Assembly: GCF_009914755.1 (NCBI RefSeq)
Contig: NC_060946.1
Source: the human T2T-CHM13v2.0 reference genome, Homo sapiens
Strand: one strand, 5' to 3'
DNA: 64,000 nucleotides
The stretch's first letter is position 1, and every line of letters starts with the position of its first letter. This document shows positions 47,242 through 60,550 of the stretch, in pieces. Both the position numbers and the translations under genes were made by a program. Under the pieces are notes generated by a model. The model was not told the DNA's origin. It ran no database searches and worked only from the letters and a program-made list of their open reading frames with translations.

Positions 47242-47944
47242 TCAGTAAAGGTAAATATGAAACTCTAAAACTAATATATTTTATATTATGAAAATAATAA
47301 ACGGCAGTATAAATGCACATTTTTCTATTTTTTCTCTTGATTTGGAAAGCAATTTATAAAACAATGTCTATTCAATGTATCGTTTGTCCTGTGACATACA
47401 AAATTTAATATGTTTGCCAATAACAGTCTAACCGAGGTGAGTGGGAACAAAGCTGTATTGGATTAAGACCGCAACTCCATATATCAGACTACAGACAACT
47501 CAAATCTATAAAAACAAATGAAGAGAATAATAAATGATAAATAAGAAGTAACTTAAAATTTTAAATATTTCTGTGCTTTACTTTTTCCTCTTAGCTTCTT
47601 AAAAGACATGGTTATATGATGTAATAATTATAACGATGTATTGTTGAGTTTTTAGTATTTATAGATGTAATACAAATAAGAATAATACCTTAAAAAGTTA
47701 CAATAAGAAGGGTGTAGAACTACGTAGGGTACAAAGCTATGTGCAGAAGGGTGTGGAGCAAGGTAGCGGTAATGTTTTTGTGTCTAACTGAAACTATTCT
47801 GAATTAGCATGAATCTGAAGCTGATTCTGATAGGTTAAGATTTACAGTGTAATCCCAAGAACGCTGACTAGGATAATAAGCCAAAAACAGAGTATTAAAA
47901 TCATTAAAGAAATGTAATTGTCATTTTAGAAAATATTCACTGTT

Positions 47945-48358
<414 letters not shown>

Positions 48359-48598
48359 TTATATCAATAATAATATTAAATATGACTTGATTAAACAACG
48401 TAATCAAAAGTTAATTCTTGTCAGACAATAAAAAATAAGATCTTCTATGCCATCTACATTTTAGATTCAAAGATATGAATAGAGTAAAAGGATGGAAATA
48501 CATATATCATGCAAACAGTAACCCTGAGAAAGCTATTCTAAAGTAGCTATACTAATATCAGACACAATGAATTTTAAAACAAACAAACAAAAAAAATC

Positions 48599-48897
48599 GG
48601 CCAGGTGAGGTGGCTTATGCCTGCAATCCCAGGACTTTAGGAGGCCAAGGTGGGCAGATCACCTGAGGTTAGGAATTCAGGACCAGCCTGGCCAACATGG
48701 TGGAACCCCGTCTCTACTAAAAATACAAAATCTAGCGGGTTGTGATGATATGTACCTGTAGTCTCAGCTACTCAGGAGGCTGAGGCAGGAGAATTGCTTG
48801 AAACAAAAAGGCGTAGGTTGCAGTGAGCTGAGATCACGTCATTGCATTCCAGCCTGGGTGACAAGAGAGAAACTCTGTCTAAAAAAAAAAAAAAAAA
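48599..48897 (+). mobile_element. Alu (AluSq/Sx-like)
   Basis: Full dimer with A-tail. Confidence 0.95.
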
Positions 48898-49704
48898 TTT
48901 TAGAGATAATGTGGGACATTTTACAATAACAAAATGGCCAATCCATCAGTAAGAAAGTACAAGTATAAACATATATGCACCCAATTAAACATCACCAAAG
49001 TACATGAAACAAAAACTGACAGAAATGACAGCCAAAATAGATGATGACTGGAGACTTCAATATGGCACTTTGACTAATGGATAGAAAGACTACCCAGTAG
49101 AGCAAAAAGGAAAAAGAAGATTCAAACAACTTCATAGTTCAACTAGACCTGAAAAACACGTGCAAAACATTCCACACAAGAGAAGCTACATTCTTCTCAA
49201 GGGCTCATCAACATTGTCCATCATAGACTCTACACTAGGCCATTAAAGGAACTGAACAGCATGTACTCCAATCACAATAGAGTGAACCTAGAAATTAATA
49301 ACAAGAAAGTAGGGAAACTGAAATATGTTGAAATTAAACCACACACATCCAAATTACTAATCAAAGAAGAAATCCAAACAGAAATTTGAAAATATACTTA
49401 GAGGAATGAAAATGAAGTCACAACATACAAAACTTAATGAAAGACAATTAAAGACATGCTTGCAGGGAAATTTATTGCTGTAAATATAGATAATAAAAAA
49501 GAGAACTATTTCAAATCAATAACATAACTTTTGACATAAGGACACTGGAAAAAGAAGAGCAAATGGAAGCTAAAGTAAGCGGAAGGAAGGAAATAATAAA
49601 GATCATAGCAGAAACCAATGAAACAGAGAATAGAAAAGCAACAGAGAAAAACAATGAAACTAAAAGCACATTCAAACAAGCTTAACACAATTGACAAACC
49701 TTAT

Positions 49705-50133
49705 TGTCATGAAAATGTATTTTGGGTATACTACCAAGAAGTAGTGAGTTGTGCGACACAGGAACTGGAGGACCAAGATAACTGCTGTTGCTAGGATCAT
49801 CCCCCTGCTTCCCCTCACCTAAAAATGTTGACCAGATTGTAGGAAACCGAAACAATTCCTTTAAGTAGAAAGTAAATAAATTAAGAGAGCAATTTAAATG
49901 GCTTTTTTTCTTTTTTCCCTTTTTATTTTCATGATGTAAAAGGTTAGACAGGAATGCACTGCAAATGTGGAGATCTGCGTCATCTTTCTGCTGCCCAAGG
50001 CTATCCCAGTAAGTTCCTCCTGAGTAAATCTTTGACTATCTACCAGCCTGGAATGGTCTATCTCTTTCTTTGGTCTGAGAGCTTCCTCTCCATTATGTAG
50101 GACAGCTCAGTTCCGGCAGGGAGTTTTCCTAAC
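49705..50133 (+). mobile_element. Probable solo LTR (family not determined) inserted in L1 ORF2
   Basis: TG...CA ends; L1 text AATTGACAAACCTT / CTAGACTGACTAAGAAAAA rejoins across it; AGTAAA signal near the 3' end. Confidence 0.6.
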
Positions 50134-50421
50134 ATTTTTCTAGACTGACTAAGAAAAATAGAAGACTCAAGTAACTAAAATCAGAAATGAAAGAGGATAT
50201 ATTACTACCAGCATTGCAAAAAGAAAAGAACATTTAAGGAAAAATAATATGAACAATCGTATGCCAAAATATTAGATAATTTAGATACAATGGAAAAATT
50301 CCTAGACACAAACCAGTGACACTGATGCAATAAAAAATGCTCTCACTAGACATGATAAGCAAAGAGATTGAATTACTAATAAAGAAACACTCCACACCAA
50401 GAAAAGCCCTAGCCCTGGAAG

Positions 50422-50543
50422 TTCGGCTTACTTTAGCTTCCATTTGCTCTTCTTTTTCCAGTGTCCTTATGTCAAAAGTTATGTTATTGATTTGAAATAG
50501 TTCTCTTTTTTATTATCTATATTTACAGCAATAAATGTCCCTG
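50422..50543 (-). repeat. 122-bp inverted copy of 49463-49584
   Basis: Reverse-complement match with 2 mismatches by eye. Confidence 0.95.
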
Positions 50544-50772
50544 GTGAAATCACTGGTGAATTTTGTCCAATATTTGAAGAAGATTTAGGATCAATTCTTT
50601 CCAAACTCTCCAAAAGATAAAAGTGGTAGAGATATGTCTCAACTCATTCTATGAGGCCAGTATTACCATGATAGCAAAGCCATACAAAGACATCACGAGG
50701 AAAGAAAAATTCAGACCAATATATCTTATGAATACAGATCAAAACTCTTCAATAAAATACAAGCAAACAGAG

Positions 50773-51087
50773 AGGCTGGGAGTGGCGGCCCACGCCTGTT
50801 ATCCCAGCACCTTGGGAGGCCGAGGTGGGGGGATCACGAGGTCAGGAGATCAAGACCATCCTGGCTAACATGGTGAAACCCCGTCTCTACTAAAAATACA
50901 AAAAATTAGCCGGGCGTGGTGGTGGGCACCTGTAGTCCCAGCTACTTGGGAGGTTGAGGCAGGAGGGAGAATGGTGTGAACCCAGGAGGCAGAGCTTGCA
51001 GTGAGCTGAGATTGTGCCACTGCATCCCAGCCTGGGTGACAGAGTGAGACTCCATCTCAAAAAATAATAATAAAAATAAAAAATAAA
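50773..51087 (+). mobile_element. Alu (AluY-like)
   Basis: CCTGGCTAACATGG..GAGCTTGCAG; TSD AATACAAGCAAACAGA. Confidence 0.95.
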
Positions 51088-51520
51088 TGCATAATATACA
51101 AGCAAACAGAATACAGCAACATGTAAAAATAATTCTACCTCATGACCAAGTTGGATTCATCCCAAGTATACAAGTTTGGATAGCAGCCAAAAATTATTTA
51201 ATGTAATACACCATACCAATACAATAAGCAAGACCACAGTCATCTCAATAGTTGCAGATACAAAATCCAACATCCTTTCATGATGAAATATTCAACAGAG
51301 AAGGAAAGAAGGGAACATTTTTAAACTAATAAAGAGCATATTTAAAACCACAGCCAATAGCATACTTAATATTGGAAGCCTGTATACTTATATCCTGAGA
51401 TCAGGAACAAGATAGATAAATCCACTCTCACTACATCCTTTCATCATTATGCTGGAGGTGCTAGCCAGGACAATTTGGCAACAGAAATAAATGCAAGCCA
51501 TCTAGATTAGAAAAGAAGTA

Positions 51521-51839
<319 letters not shown>

Positions 51840-51904
51840 TTAAATAAACAATCCTCCTGTTCTCCATATCAGTCTCTCTAGTCCTCAGTTTCCCGCAACA
51901 TTTT

Positions 51905-51922
51905 TGGCAACCATGAAGGGAC
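51905..51922 (+). other. Retroviral primer-binding site, tRNA-Arg type
   Basis: TGGCAACCATGAAGGGAC directly after the LTR end CA; 2 differences from TGGCGACCACGAAGGGAC (tRNA-Arg-TCG complement). Confidence 0.8.
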
Positions 51923-53570
51923 CGGAGACAGCAAGTTCACTGTCTCCTTTGCCTCTAGGGGCTACAGCCCCAGGCCTCAGGAGACCTGTGACCCCAGGCG
52001 CCACCAGGAGGACTTCAGCCTAGAGAGCAGATCGGCTTTCGCGTGACCCGGTGCCCCTACCCAGCAGCGCAACAGAACCTAAAGAAAGGCTACAGGATGA
52101 TTCCAGAAACAGTGCGCTTCAAGAACTGTAGCAAAGTTTTAAGGCCCAAGGCAGGACCCGTCCCATAAGGATGGAAAAGGAGCCTGACCACCTCCCGAGG
52201 TGTGCCCAATAGTACAACCCAGAGAGGCTAAAGGCGGTGAGAAAGGCTCACCAATTCAGAAGAAACTCACACCCCAACTGACACAAGATGTGAGACTGGC
52301 TTGCTAAGTCGGTTAAGAAAAAGAAACTAGAGACGCCAAGAGTGGCTTGCCACCTCACTTAGGTACACAGGAACTAGGAGTAGAGACGTGTGTGAATGCA
52401 AAGGCCTAATTAAGCTCATCAGCCGCGAAGTAAGGAGTCACAGATCTCTTAGAGTGGACTGTGTGCTCCAAGCAAAGTGTAAGGCCGACTACGAACAGTA
52501 GCGATCTGCATACAGCTAATAAGAACTACCCTATAGCTCAGAGTTGTAGCAGGAATAAGGAACTCTCCAAAGCCAAGCAGCCTCTGAAAACTCCCATAAT
52601 AGGAGACGGTGTGGAAGGTCAAAATGAGAGGAAAGAGTGTGCTGTGCCGTAAAAGAAAGAATAGGAAGAAAGTCATCAAACTTACCCCGTTAGAGTGCAT
52701 GTTACAGAACTTTAAGAAAGGTTTTGCAGAGGATTAGGGAGTTAAGCTAATCCCACAGAGGTGGAAAACTCTCTGTAAGTAGAATGGCCTTCTTTTAGTG
52801 TTAGATGGCCGACCGAAGGAACTATAGATAAGGAAATAATTGGCTGTGTATTTAAGGTGGTGACAAGAGTCAGAGGACAGCTAAGGCATCCAGATCAATT
52901 TCCTTATATCGATTCATGGTTAAATATAGCAGATAAGACCGGCCTGGATCCAGCCATGTGCAGCAGCTTATCGCGAAACATATGTAGCCTGAGCTCAGCC
53001 AAGAGTGAAAGTAAGAGCAGCTTCACTGGCAGACACAGAGTTAAAGAATTCCCAAAGAGAGCAAGAAAAGTCAGTTTTGCAGGAGCTGCCAGAAAGAACA
53101 GAGATTCTTCCTCCATATGTCCCAGCCCATCCGCCTTTACCAAGTCCAACAGCCCCACAGGAGCCAGACTCAAGAGCCAGCATGCCCCAAGTTTCACCGC
53201 GAAGGGGAGGATCAGAGTGTTGAGAGGCCAGGGAATGAAGTCAAGATAGTCGAGCAGGCTGTCTCAGATCTGGCGGTGCTCAAGCTCTGCAAATGCCTCT
53301 CTAGGAGACACTAGGACCCATTTATTATGATGACCAAGGCCAAGTCCAAAGAAGGCAATGGACTTTCATCAGTCAGCCCTTTTCAACCACTGATCTTTTA
53401 AACTGGAAACACCATACTCCCTCCTACACAGAGAAGCCTCAAGGTCTTATAGATCTGTTGCAATCCATCTTTCTGACACACAATCCAACTGACCAGACTG
53501 CCAGCAGCTCCTTCTCACGTTATTTAACACTGAGGAGTGCCTGGGAGTAACCTAGGCAGCTCTCCGCTGG

Positions 53571-53800
53571 CTAGAAACCCAGGCATCAGCAGATGCAGTG
53601 CATGCTCAGGCATACACCCAAGGTCAGTTTCCAGATTCTGGCTAGAAGCCCAGGCATCAGCAGACGCAGTGCATGCTCAGGCATGATGCAGACAGAGTGC
53701 ATGCTCAGGCATACACTCAAGGTCAGTTTCCAGACGCTGCATAGAAGCCCAGGCATCAGCAGACACAGCGCATGCTCAGGCACACACTCAAGGTCGGTTC
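53571..53800. repeat. ~70-bp unit triplicated (imperfectly) within gag
   Basis: TAGAA(A/G)CCCAGGCATCAGCAGA..GCATGCTCAGGCA..CAAGGTC(A/G)GTT occurs three times. Confidence 0.88.
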
Positions 53801-54105
53801 CCGACCAAGATCCTAACTAGGACCCAGAGGATGCAACTCAGCTTCAGTGTTTGCAGAGGTACCAAGAGGCACTTCTGCAAAGACTGAGATGGTGGAAAGA
53901 AAGCCATTAATATAAAGAAGATTTCAGAAGTGCTTCAAGGAAGTGATGAAAGCCCTAGGCAGTTTTATGAAAGATTCTGTGAGGCATACTGGCTTTCACC
54001 CCGTTTGACCCTGAGGCCACTGAAAATCAGTGTATAATGAATATGTCATTTGTAGGACAGGCCCAAGGTGATATCAAATGAAATCTTCAGAAGTTAGAAA
54101 GTTTT

Positions 54106-54410
54106 GGCCGGGTGCGGTGGCTCACACCTGTAATCCCAGCACTTTGGGAGGCCAAGGTGGGTGGATCACGAGGTCAGCAGTTCAAGATCAGCATGGCCAT
54201 GATGGTGAAATCCCATCTCTACTAAAAATACAAAAAATTAGCTGGCAGTGGTGATAGGCACCTGTAATCCCAGCTACTTGGGAGGCAGAGGCAGAGAATT
54301 GCTTGAACCCAGGAGGCAGAGGTTGCAGTGAGCCAAGATCGTACTACTGCACTCCAGCCTGGGAGAAAGAGTGAAACTCCGTCTGAAAAAAAAAAAAAAA
54401 AAAAAAAAGA
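54106..54410 (+). mobile_element. Alu (AluSg-like) inserted in gag
   Basis: TSD AGAAGTTAGAAAGTTTT. Confidence 0.95.
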
Positions 54411-54824
54411 AGAAGAAGTTAGAAAGTTTTTCAGGTATGAATGACACCCAGATTGTAGAAGTAGCCACCAAAGTGTTGTTAACCGTGACCAGAAATCAAA
54501 GAAAGGAGCAGACTGGAGGCTTAAGATCTGTTGGCAGCAGCCTTTATAGAAAAAGAGATTAGCAATGTAAGATGACGTGGACACAGGTGTGGACATAGAA
54601 TAAGTCAAGTTAGATAAGTATTTCAAAGTTGCCCAAGGCTAGAGAAGGATCAGTGTGCAAGATGCAAAAAGAAAGGACACTATAAAGATGAATGTCCAGA
54701 AGGCAATGAAAGAAATGGCCAAGGCCGCAAGACAAAGAGGCCATTGGCCAAAGGCTGCCGCACCTTGGAGGAACCAGATACTGATCTGATCAGGCTAGCA
54801 GGAGCTGAAAGATGTGAGGACTAA

Positions 54825-55400
54825 AACAGACCACGCTTCTTCTTATTAGGCCTCCAAAAGCCCATCGTCACATTAGAAGTTTAAAGCAGCAAGATTCTGC
54901 TGTATCTAGATTATAAATTTCTCACTGATGGCTAAGCCATTATATGAAGGTACAAAAGAAAAAGAGACAGAGAGAGAGAGAAAAAAAAAAAAAACCTCTC
55001 CTCTAAGAAATGGAACAGGAGAAGGAGCCATGCCTTCGTGCCTTGTGAAAACTTGCTTATAGACTTTACCAAAATGCCCCATGCCAGAGGCTATCCGTTT
55101 ATGCTAGTGTTTATTTGCACTTTTTCAGGATAGGTTGAGGCATTCCCCACCAAGACAGAAAAGCACGAGAAATGACTAAAGTACTACTAAAAGACATTAT
55201 CCCTAGGTTTTGACAGCCTGTAACTTTAAAGTCAGACAATAGGCCAGCATTTGTAGCTGAAAGAGTGCAAGATTTAACAAGAATGTTAAAAATAAAATAG
55301 AAGTTATACACAGCCTGTCGGCTGCAAAGTTCAAGAAAAGTAGAACGCATGAACCAGACACTCAAGCAGTTACTGAAGAAACATTGCCCAGAGACTTATC
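54825..55400 (+). pseudogene. pro/pol remnant: protease start, short RT piece and integrase core fused by large deletions
   Basis: FSLMAKPLYE (RT connection); LIDFTKMP, VFICTFSG*VEAFP, SDNRPAFVAE, KVERMNQTLKQ (integrase). Confidence 0.85.
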
Positions 55401-57210
55401 ATGAGAGGTCAAAGGAAGGTCCCCTCTTAAACCAAACCAGGGTCCCTCCCTTTAACCAAGGGCCTATTTATCTGTATTTTGATGCTTGTCAGGCAGCAGA
55501 CCAAGACTCCCTTGTCTGTGGTAACCTACCTTTAGAAAGATACTATAGAAAATGACTACAAATATGTATGCATGCCAAGAGTAACTCTATCTTCTTCCCC
55601 TAGGACCCCAGAAAAAGATTTTTGGCCTTGCATGTCGTAGCACCCTAGCACACAACAAAGGTCAATTATGCTTTTACCAAAATGCTGTTGAAACCAGATT
55701 GTGAAGCAAAAACCTGTAATCCTGTAAATTTCACCCTTCTAAAGCCAGACTTACCCATGTAGACTGCATGTTACCCCATTCATTTGTATATGCATACATA
55801 CCCAGCAATCCTCCTATATGTTATCAAACAAAGAACCCAGACCCATCCAGCCCAGCAACAGTTCCAAATCTTTAAGTCATTCTATAAGCATGTAGACCAG
55901 AAGTTACCAGAGCCTACTCCTTTAGCCAAAAACCTGTTTGCTCAGCTGGCTGAACACACTGCCGGCAGCATGGGCGTTTCATGTTATGTTTCTAGAAAGA
56001 CTAACGTAGTAGACCAATGGCCTTAGGAAGCAAAACAGTTAATGCCACAAAATAATTTGACTCTAATAGACTCTTCCTCCGAACCGATGCCCACAAGTCC
56101 AAGCGTCTGACTCTTAAAAACTTCTATTATCAGGAGATACTGTGTTGCTCCCTGAAGAAACGCTTTTACAGACGCAGTAGGAGAACTAACCTTCTTAGGA
56201 CAGCAATATTATAATGAAACACTAAAGAAAACTTTGTGGCGAGGCAGAGATGACTCCAAAGCACCTCAACCAAATCCGTTCTCCTGTTTCTCTCCTCTAA
56301 ACCACACCTAGTATCAGCTTGAAGCTCGAAATACTTGGCAAGCGCCCCTTGGTCTTTATTGGCATCTGTAAGCCACAGGCATATCGACAGTTGCCAGCTA
56401 AATGGACAAAGTCCTGTGTGTTTGAAACAATTAGACCATCTTTCCTCCTACTCCCACTGCAACAGGGAGAAACTTTAAGGTATCCCGTCTATGATGAAGT
56501 TAGAAGAAGAAGCAAAAGAGATGCAGACATAAAAAGAGATACAGAAATAGGAAATTAGAAAGACACAGATTACCCCCCTAAAAGAATAATTCAATACTAT
56601 AGGCCAGCTACCTAGGCACAAGATAGGTCATGAGGGTACCACACTCCTATTTACATGCTTAGCCATATCATAAGGTTGAAGGCAGTACTTGAAATGATCA
56701 CTAATGAAACAGCAAAAGCATTAGATTTACTGGCCCAGCAAGCCACAAAAATGAAGAATGTTATTTATCACAACAGATTAGCTTTATACTATTAGCTAGG
56801 AAGCCCAGGAAGGAGGAGAATGTGGAAGGTTCAATCTAACTAATTTCTGCCTGGAAATCGATGACAATGGAAAGGCAATTATAGAAATAACTGCAAGAAT
56901 GAGAAAATTACCCCATGTTCCAGTTCAAACTTGGAAAAGTTAGTCTCCAGATTCCCTCTTTGGAGGCTGGTTTTCCTCCTTCAGTGGATTCAAGACTTCA
57001 ATAAGAATAGTCCTGGCCATACTAAGAGTTTGCCCAGTACTCCCTTCCCTCTTACCCCTCCTTGTTAGAAGCATTCAATCAACTATAGAGGCAAAAGCAG
57101 CTAAGCAAACTACCACTCAGCTAATGGATCTATATAAATATCAGCCTGTGCCTAAAGAAGAAAACTTGTCTCTTCAGGCAGAATTAAGTAATAGTAATGC
57201 CTTCTATTAA
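55400..57210 (+). pseudogene. ERV3-like env, disrupted
   Basis: [40 protein letters not shown] (furin site), [44 protein letters not shown]. Confidence 0.92.
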
Positions 57211-57244
57211 ACTTCTTTTATAAAAGACATCAAAAGGAGGAAAC

Positions 57245-57848
57245 TGAGGCAGAAATTTAAAAATAAATAAGCATTCATTCACTCCAAGAAAAGTAACAGG
57301 CAAGGCAAAGGTTAAAAAGAAAAGAACAAGTTTTCCTCTGCCTAGTAAGCTCACTTCAAAGACAGTTATAACACTGTTTGAGAAGCCAAGGCCAAAGGAA
57401 TAGGCTCCAGACAACTCCCACTTCCAGAGCAAAGTGAAAAGAAAAAAAACAAGAAAGAAAGACAAATTCCTTTACTGTTACTCCTTTCCCTGGCTTCTTA
57501 AGCATGATGATGTTTTACAAATTTCTGTATTTAGCCAGTTCTTATTTTTCTTTTGATGCAGCTACAAGGCCACTAGCCATGCAAGGCCACAAGTTATGCC
57601 AAGTCAACAGTTATGCTATAGATTACGTGACCTGTCACTGTAGGATTAACTGCTTTTGTTTTGCTTCTGTAAGTTTGCTTAGAAAAGCCCTGCTCAGTCT
57701 TTGTTCAGTGCTCATATTTTTAGATATGAATCCACGAATCCAGTGAGTACCCTAAAATAAACAATCATCCTGTTCTCCATATCGGTCTCTCTAGTCTCTC
57801 TAGTCCTCTATTTCATATTGGTCTCTCTATTCTCTTTAGTCCTCTAGT
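57245..57848 (+). mobile_element. 3' LTR of the provirus, U5 end rearranged
   Basis: TG start after PPT; AAATAAACAATC..CTGTTCTCCATATC shared with the 5' LTR remnant; terminal CA lost. Confidence 0.88.
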
Positions 57849-58114
<266 letters not shown>

Positions 58115-58319
58115 AGTTTTTTTCTGTGACAGCAACACTTAGAACTAAAAAAAAAAAAAAAAAGTAAGATTACTTGCTAATATAATTGACTAGTTGGCCG
58201 GCATTCGAATTTTCCCAATATTTGCACAGTGTGCCTAGTTGTCAAGCCAGGATTTAATAACCAGATTACACGTCTGCCAGGCGGACAGACACCAATCCCT
58301 ATCCATCCTCGTCTCCCGC

Positions 58320-58870
58320 TTGGAACAGAATTTCCCGCCTCAATACTGCAATGTCTAGTGGGAAATGCAGTCTCGGCTTCCAATCACGTCACCAGCACAG
58401 GACGGTGGGAAGGGCTCTTTGCTCAAACGCCGCCCCGCCCACTCCCGCCATCTTCCGTCAGAGAATCCCGGCTCCTGCTGCAATAAGAGGCTGTTCTGGA
58501 AGCTCTGGGGTTCGGGTCTTTGTCCCTGCAGGTTGGTGGTGGGATGAAACAGGAGACAGCGGGCTTGGAGGCACCACTGGGAGGCGGGACCGACGTGCCA
58601 CAGTTGGTGGGAGCAGAGGCGTGGGCACATATTGAGGGGGCGGGGCCTGACGCACAGGTGCGGGCCGCGGACCCCGGCTGGGGCTGAAAGGGCGGCGCTG
58701 CTGGGAGGGCGGGCGTGGAATCCCCGCACTGAAGCCAGTTCCAGAGGCGCCAAAGCGGCTGGGCGAAGCCGGTGGCGCGGGAAAGGGGTCTGCAGACCGC
58801 CCGAGCCTGGGAGGTCTGCGGGGAGGCTGCGCTCCGGCACTGCATGGACCTTGTGCAGCATTCCGTGCAC
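58320..58870 (+). promoter_or_regulatory. CpG-rich TATA-less promoter and probable non-coding first exon (donor ~58531/58532) of a second KRAB-ZNF unit
   Basis: ZNF143/SBS-like TGGGAAATGCAGTC 58359-58372; CCAAT 58380; TCACGTCA 58384; GC box 58430-58440; YY1 CCGCCATCTT 58445-58454; CTTCCG ETS core; CAG|GTTGGT donor; highest CpG density in the window. Confidence 0.85.
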
Positions 58871-59575
58871 GCCATTGTAAGATCAGCATATGGACAGTTC
58901 TAGGGAGATGCCCCTCATTCCCAGAAGAGGACTACGAAATGCGTGCACACCGTCCTACTGCCTGGCGAGTGTATTAGTAGGGTTTCCCGGTGTCTTTCAG
59001 CAAGTGAAGATTCTCCTTGTGTCCCATTCCTACGCATCCCATCCATGTTTTAGTTTATAGGAGTTTATAAAAGATCTGGTTTCTAGGGAAGTTGGGGATC
59101 CAGATGATGGTCCTGTTTTCTGTGTAATAAGGTAAGTACAAAGTTTGGAAGAGGGCGCCTTTTAGGAATCCCACCTGAAAGAACCCCTCTTTGGACAAAC
59201 CTTCTCACTGGTACTTCAAAGCAGAGGAAGCGTCACAGGTGAAGATTCCAGTTTGTATGACCCAAGCAGTTATTTTCCCACTCCCCAGAGTGGCCAAGAT
59301 TTGGTTGATAAGACCTTATCCAGTAGCTCTCAAACACTGGGTGGTAGCGGAAGGTTTGGACCAACATTCAGAAGGAAGAGGGGAGTTTGGCTGCGAATGC
59401 AGGCAAGGGCCAAAGAGATGTGACTTATTGGAGGGGACTTAATAGTGTGGTCTTCGGTGGAAAAATAACCTGTTACTCCTGAGAGGATCTGTCTGGAGTA
59501 CTCTGTAAAGACACTTTCATTCCTTCAATCTTTTCTCATTGTTTCTAGTGGCTGAACTTTCTTAAAAGTAGTGTA

Positions 59576-59853
59576 GGCCAAGACGGGAGGATCACCTGAG
59601 GTTAGGAGTTTGACACCAGCCTGGCCAACATATAGTGAAACCTTGTCTCTACTAAAAAATACAGAAATTAGCTGGGCATAGTGGTGCACACCTGTATAGT
59701 CCCAGCTACTTGGGAAACTGAGGCAAGAGAATCACTTGTACTGGGCAGGTGGAGGTTGCAGTGAGCCGAGATTGTGCCACCCTACTCTAGCCTGGGCAAC
59801 AGAGCGAGACTCTGTCTCTCAAAAAAAAAAAAAAAAAAAGGAAAAGAAAAAAA
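59576..59853 (+). mobile_element. Alu (AluS-type, 5' truncated)
   Basis: GGCCAAGACGGGAGGATCACCTGAGG..A-tail. Confidence 0.93.
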
Positions 59854-60245
59854 AGCTTGTCACCAAATGTAGCATCCAGTCACGAAATTTAGCATCTAGT
59901 GATATGCCAAAGCTCCCTCTATCCTGGTAGCTCTTCCTGGTAGTTCAGTAAGCGTTTGCCAAACTATTTCTACCTTATGAGAAAGATGAAAAAAATTTGG
60001 CTTTGAGGAGCTGGGACTTGCCAGGGTCACATGATATACAGATGTTATGCATCCTGACTTTTTGGCTAGTGTTACTCATTTTGCCCCAGTTAAGTCAAAA
60101 CTTTTTTTTCCTTTTTTTTTTTTTTAGATTTTTGTTGACACTGAAGTCAACTAAGAACAAACATTGCTTTAAAATACTTTCTCAGCCGCTCACTGCCTGA
60201 CCAAACCCTCCCACTGGAAAAAATAATAATAAAGTACTTTCCCTT

Positions 60246-60550
60246 GCCGGGTGCAGTGTCTCACAGCCATAATCATAGCATTTTGGGAGGCCAAGACAGG
60301 AGGATCGCTTGCACCCAGGAGTTTGAGACTAGTCTTGGCCACATAGGGAGACCCTATGTGTTTACAAAAAAAAAAAAAAAAAATTTAGCTGGTCGTGGTG
60401 GCATGCACCTGTGGATCTAACTACTTGGGGGGCTGAGGTGGGAAGATCACTTGAGCCCAGGAGGGCGAAGTTACAGTGAGCTATGGTTGTGCCACTGCAC
60501 TCCAGCCTGGGTGACAGAATGAGACTCTGTCTCAAACCAACCAACCAAGC
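60246..60550 (+). mobile_element. Alu (AluJo-like)
   Basis: GGAGGATCGCTTG..CCCAGGAGTTTGAGAC; (AACC)n tail. Confidence 0.93.

Larger units (their letters stand above)
52650..54824 (+). pseudogene. ERV gag, disrupted (stops, frameshifts, internal repeat, Alu)
   Basis: PLECMLQNFKKGF-like matrix start, PPY motif, QPFSTTDLLNWKHHTPSYTEKP capsid start, CX2CX4HX4C knuckle. Confidence 0.88.

Noticed and set aside
58351-58889. Overlapping 140-170-aa ORFs on both strands
   Set aside because: Expected in GC-rich promoter DNA with few stop codons; low-complexity Pro/Ala/Arg products.
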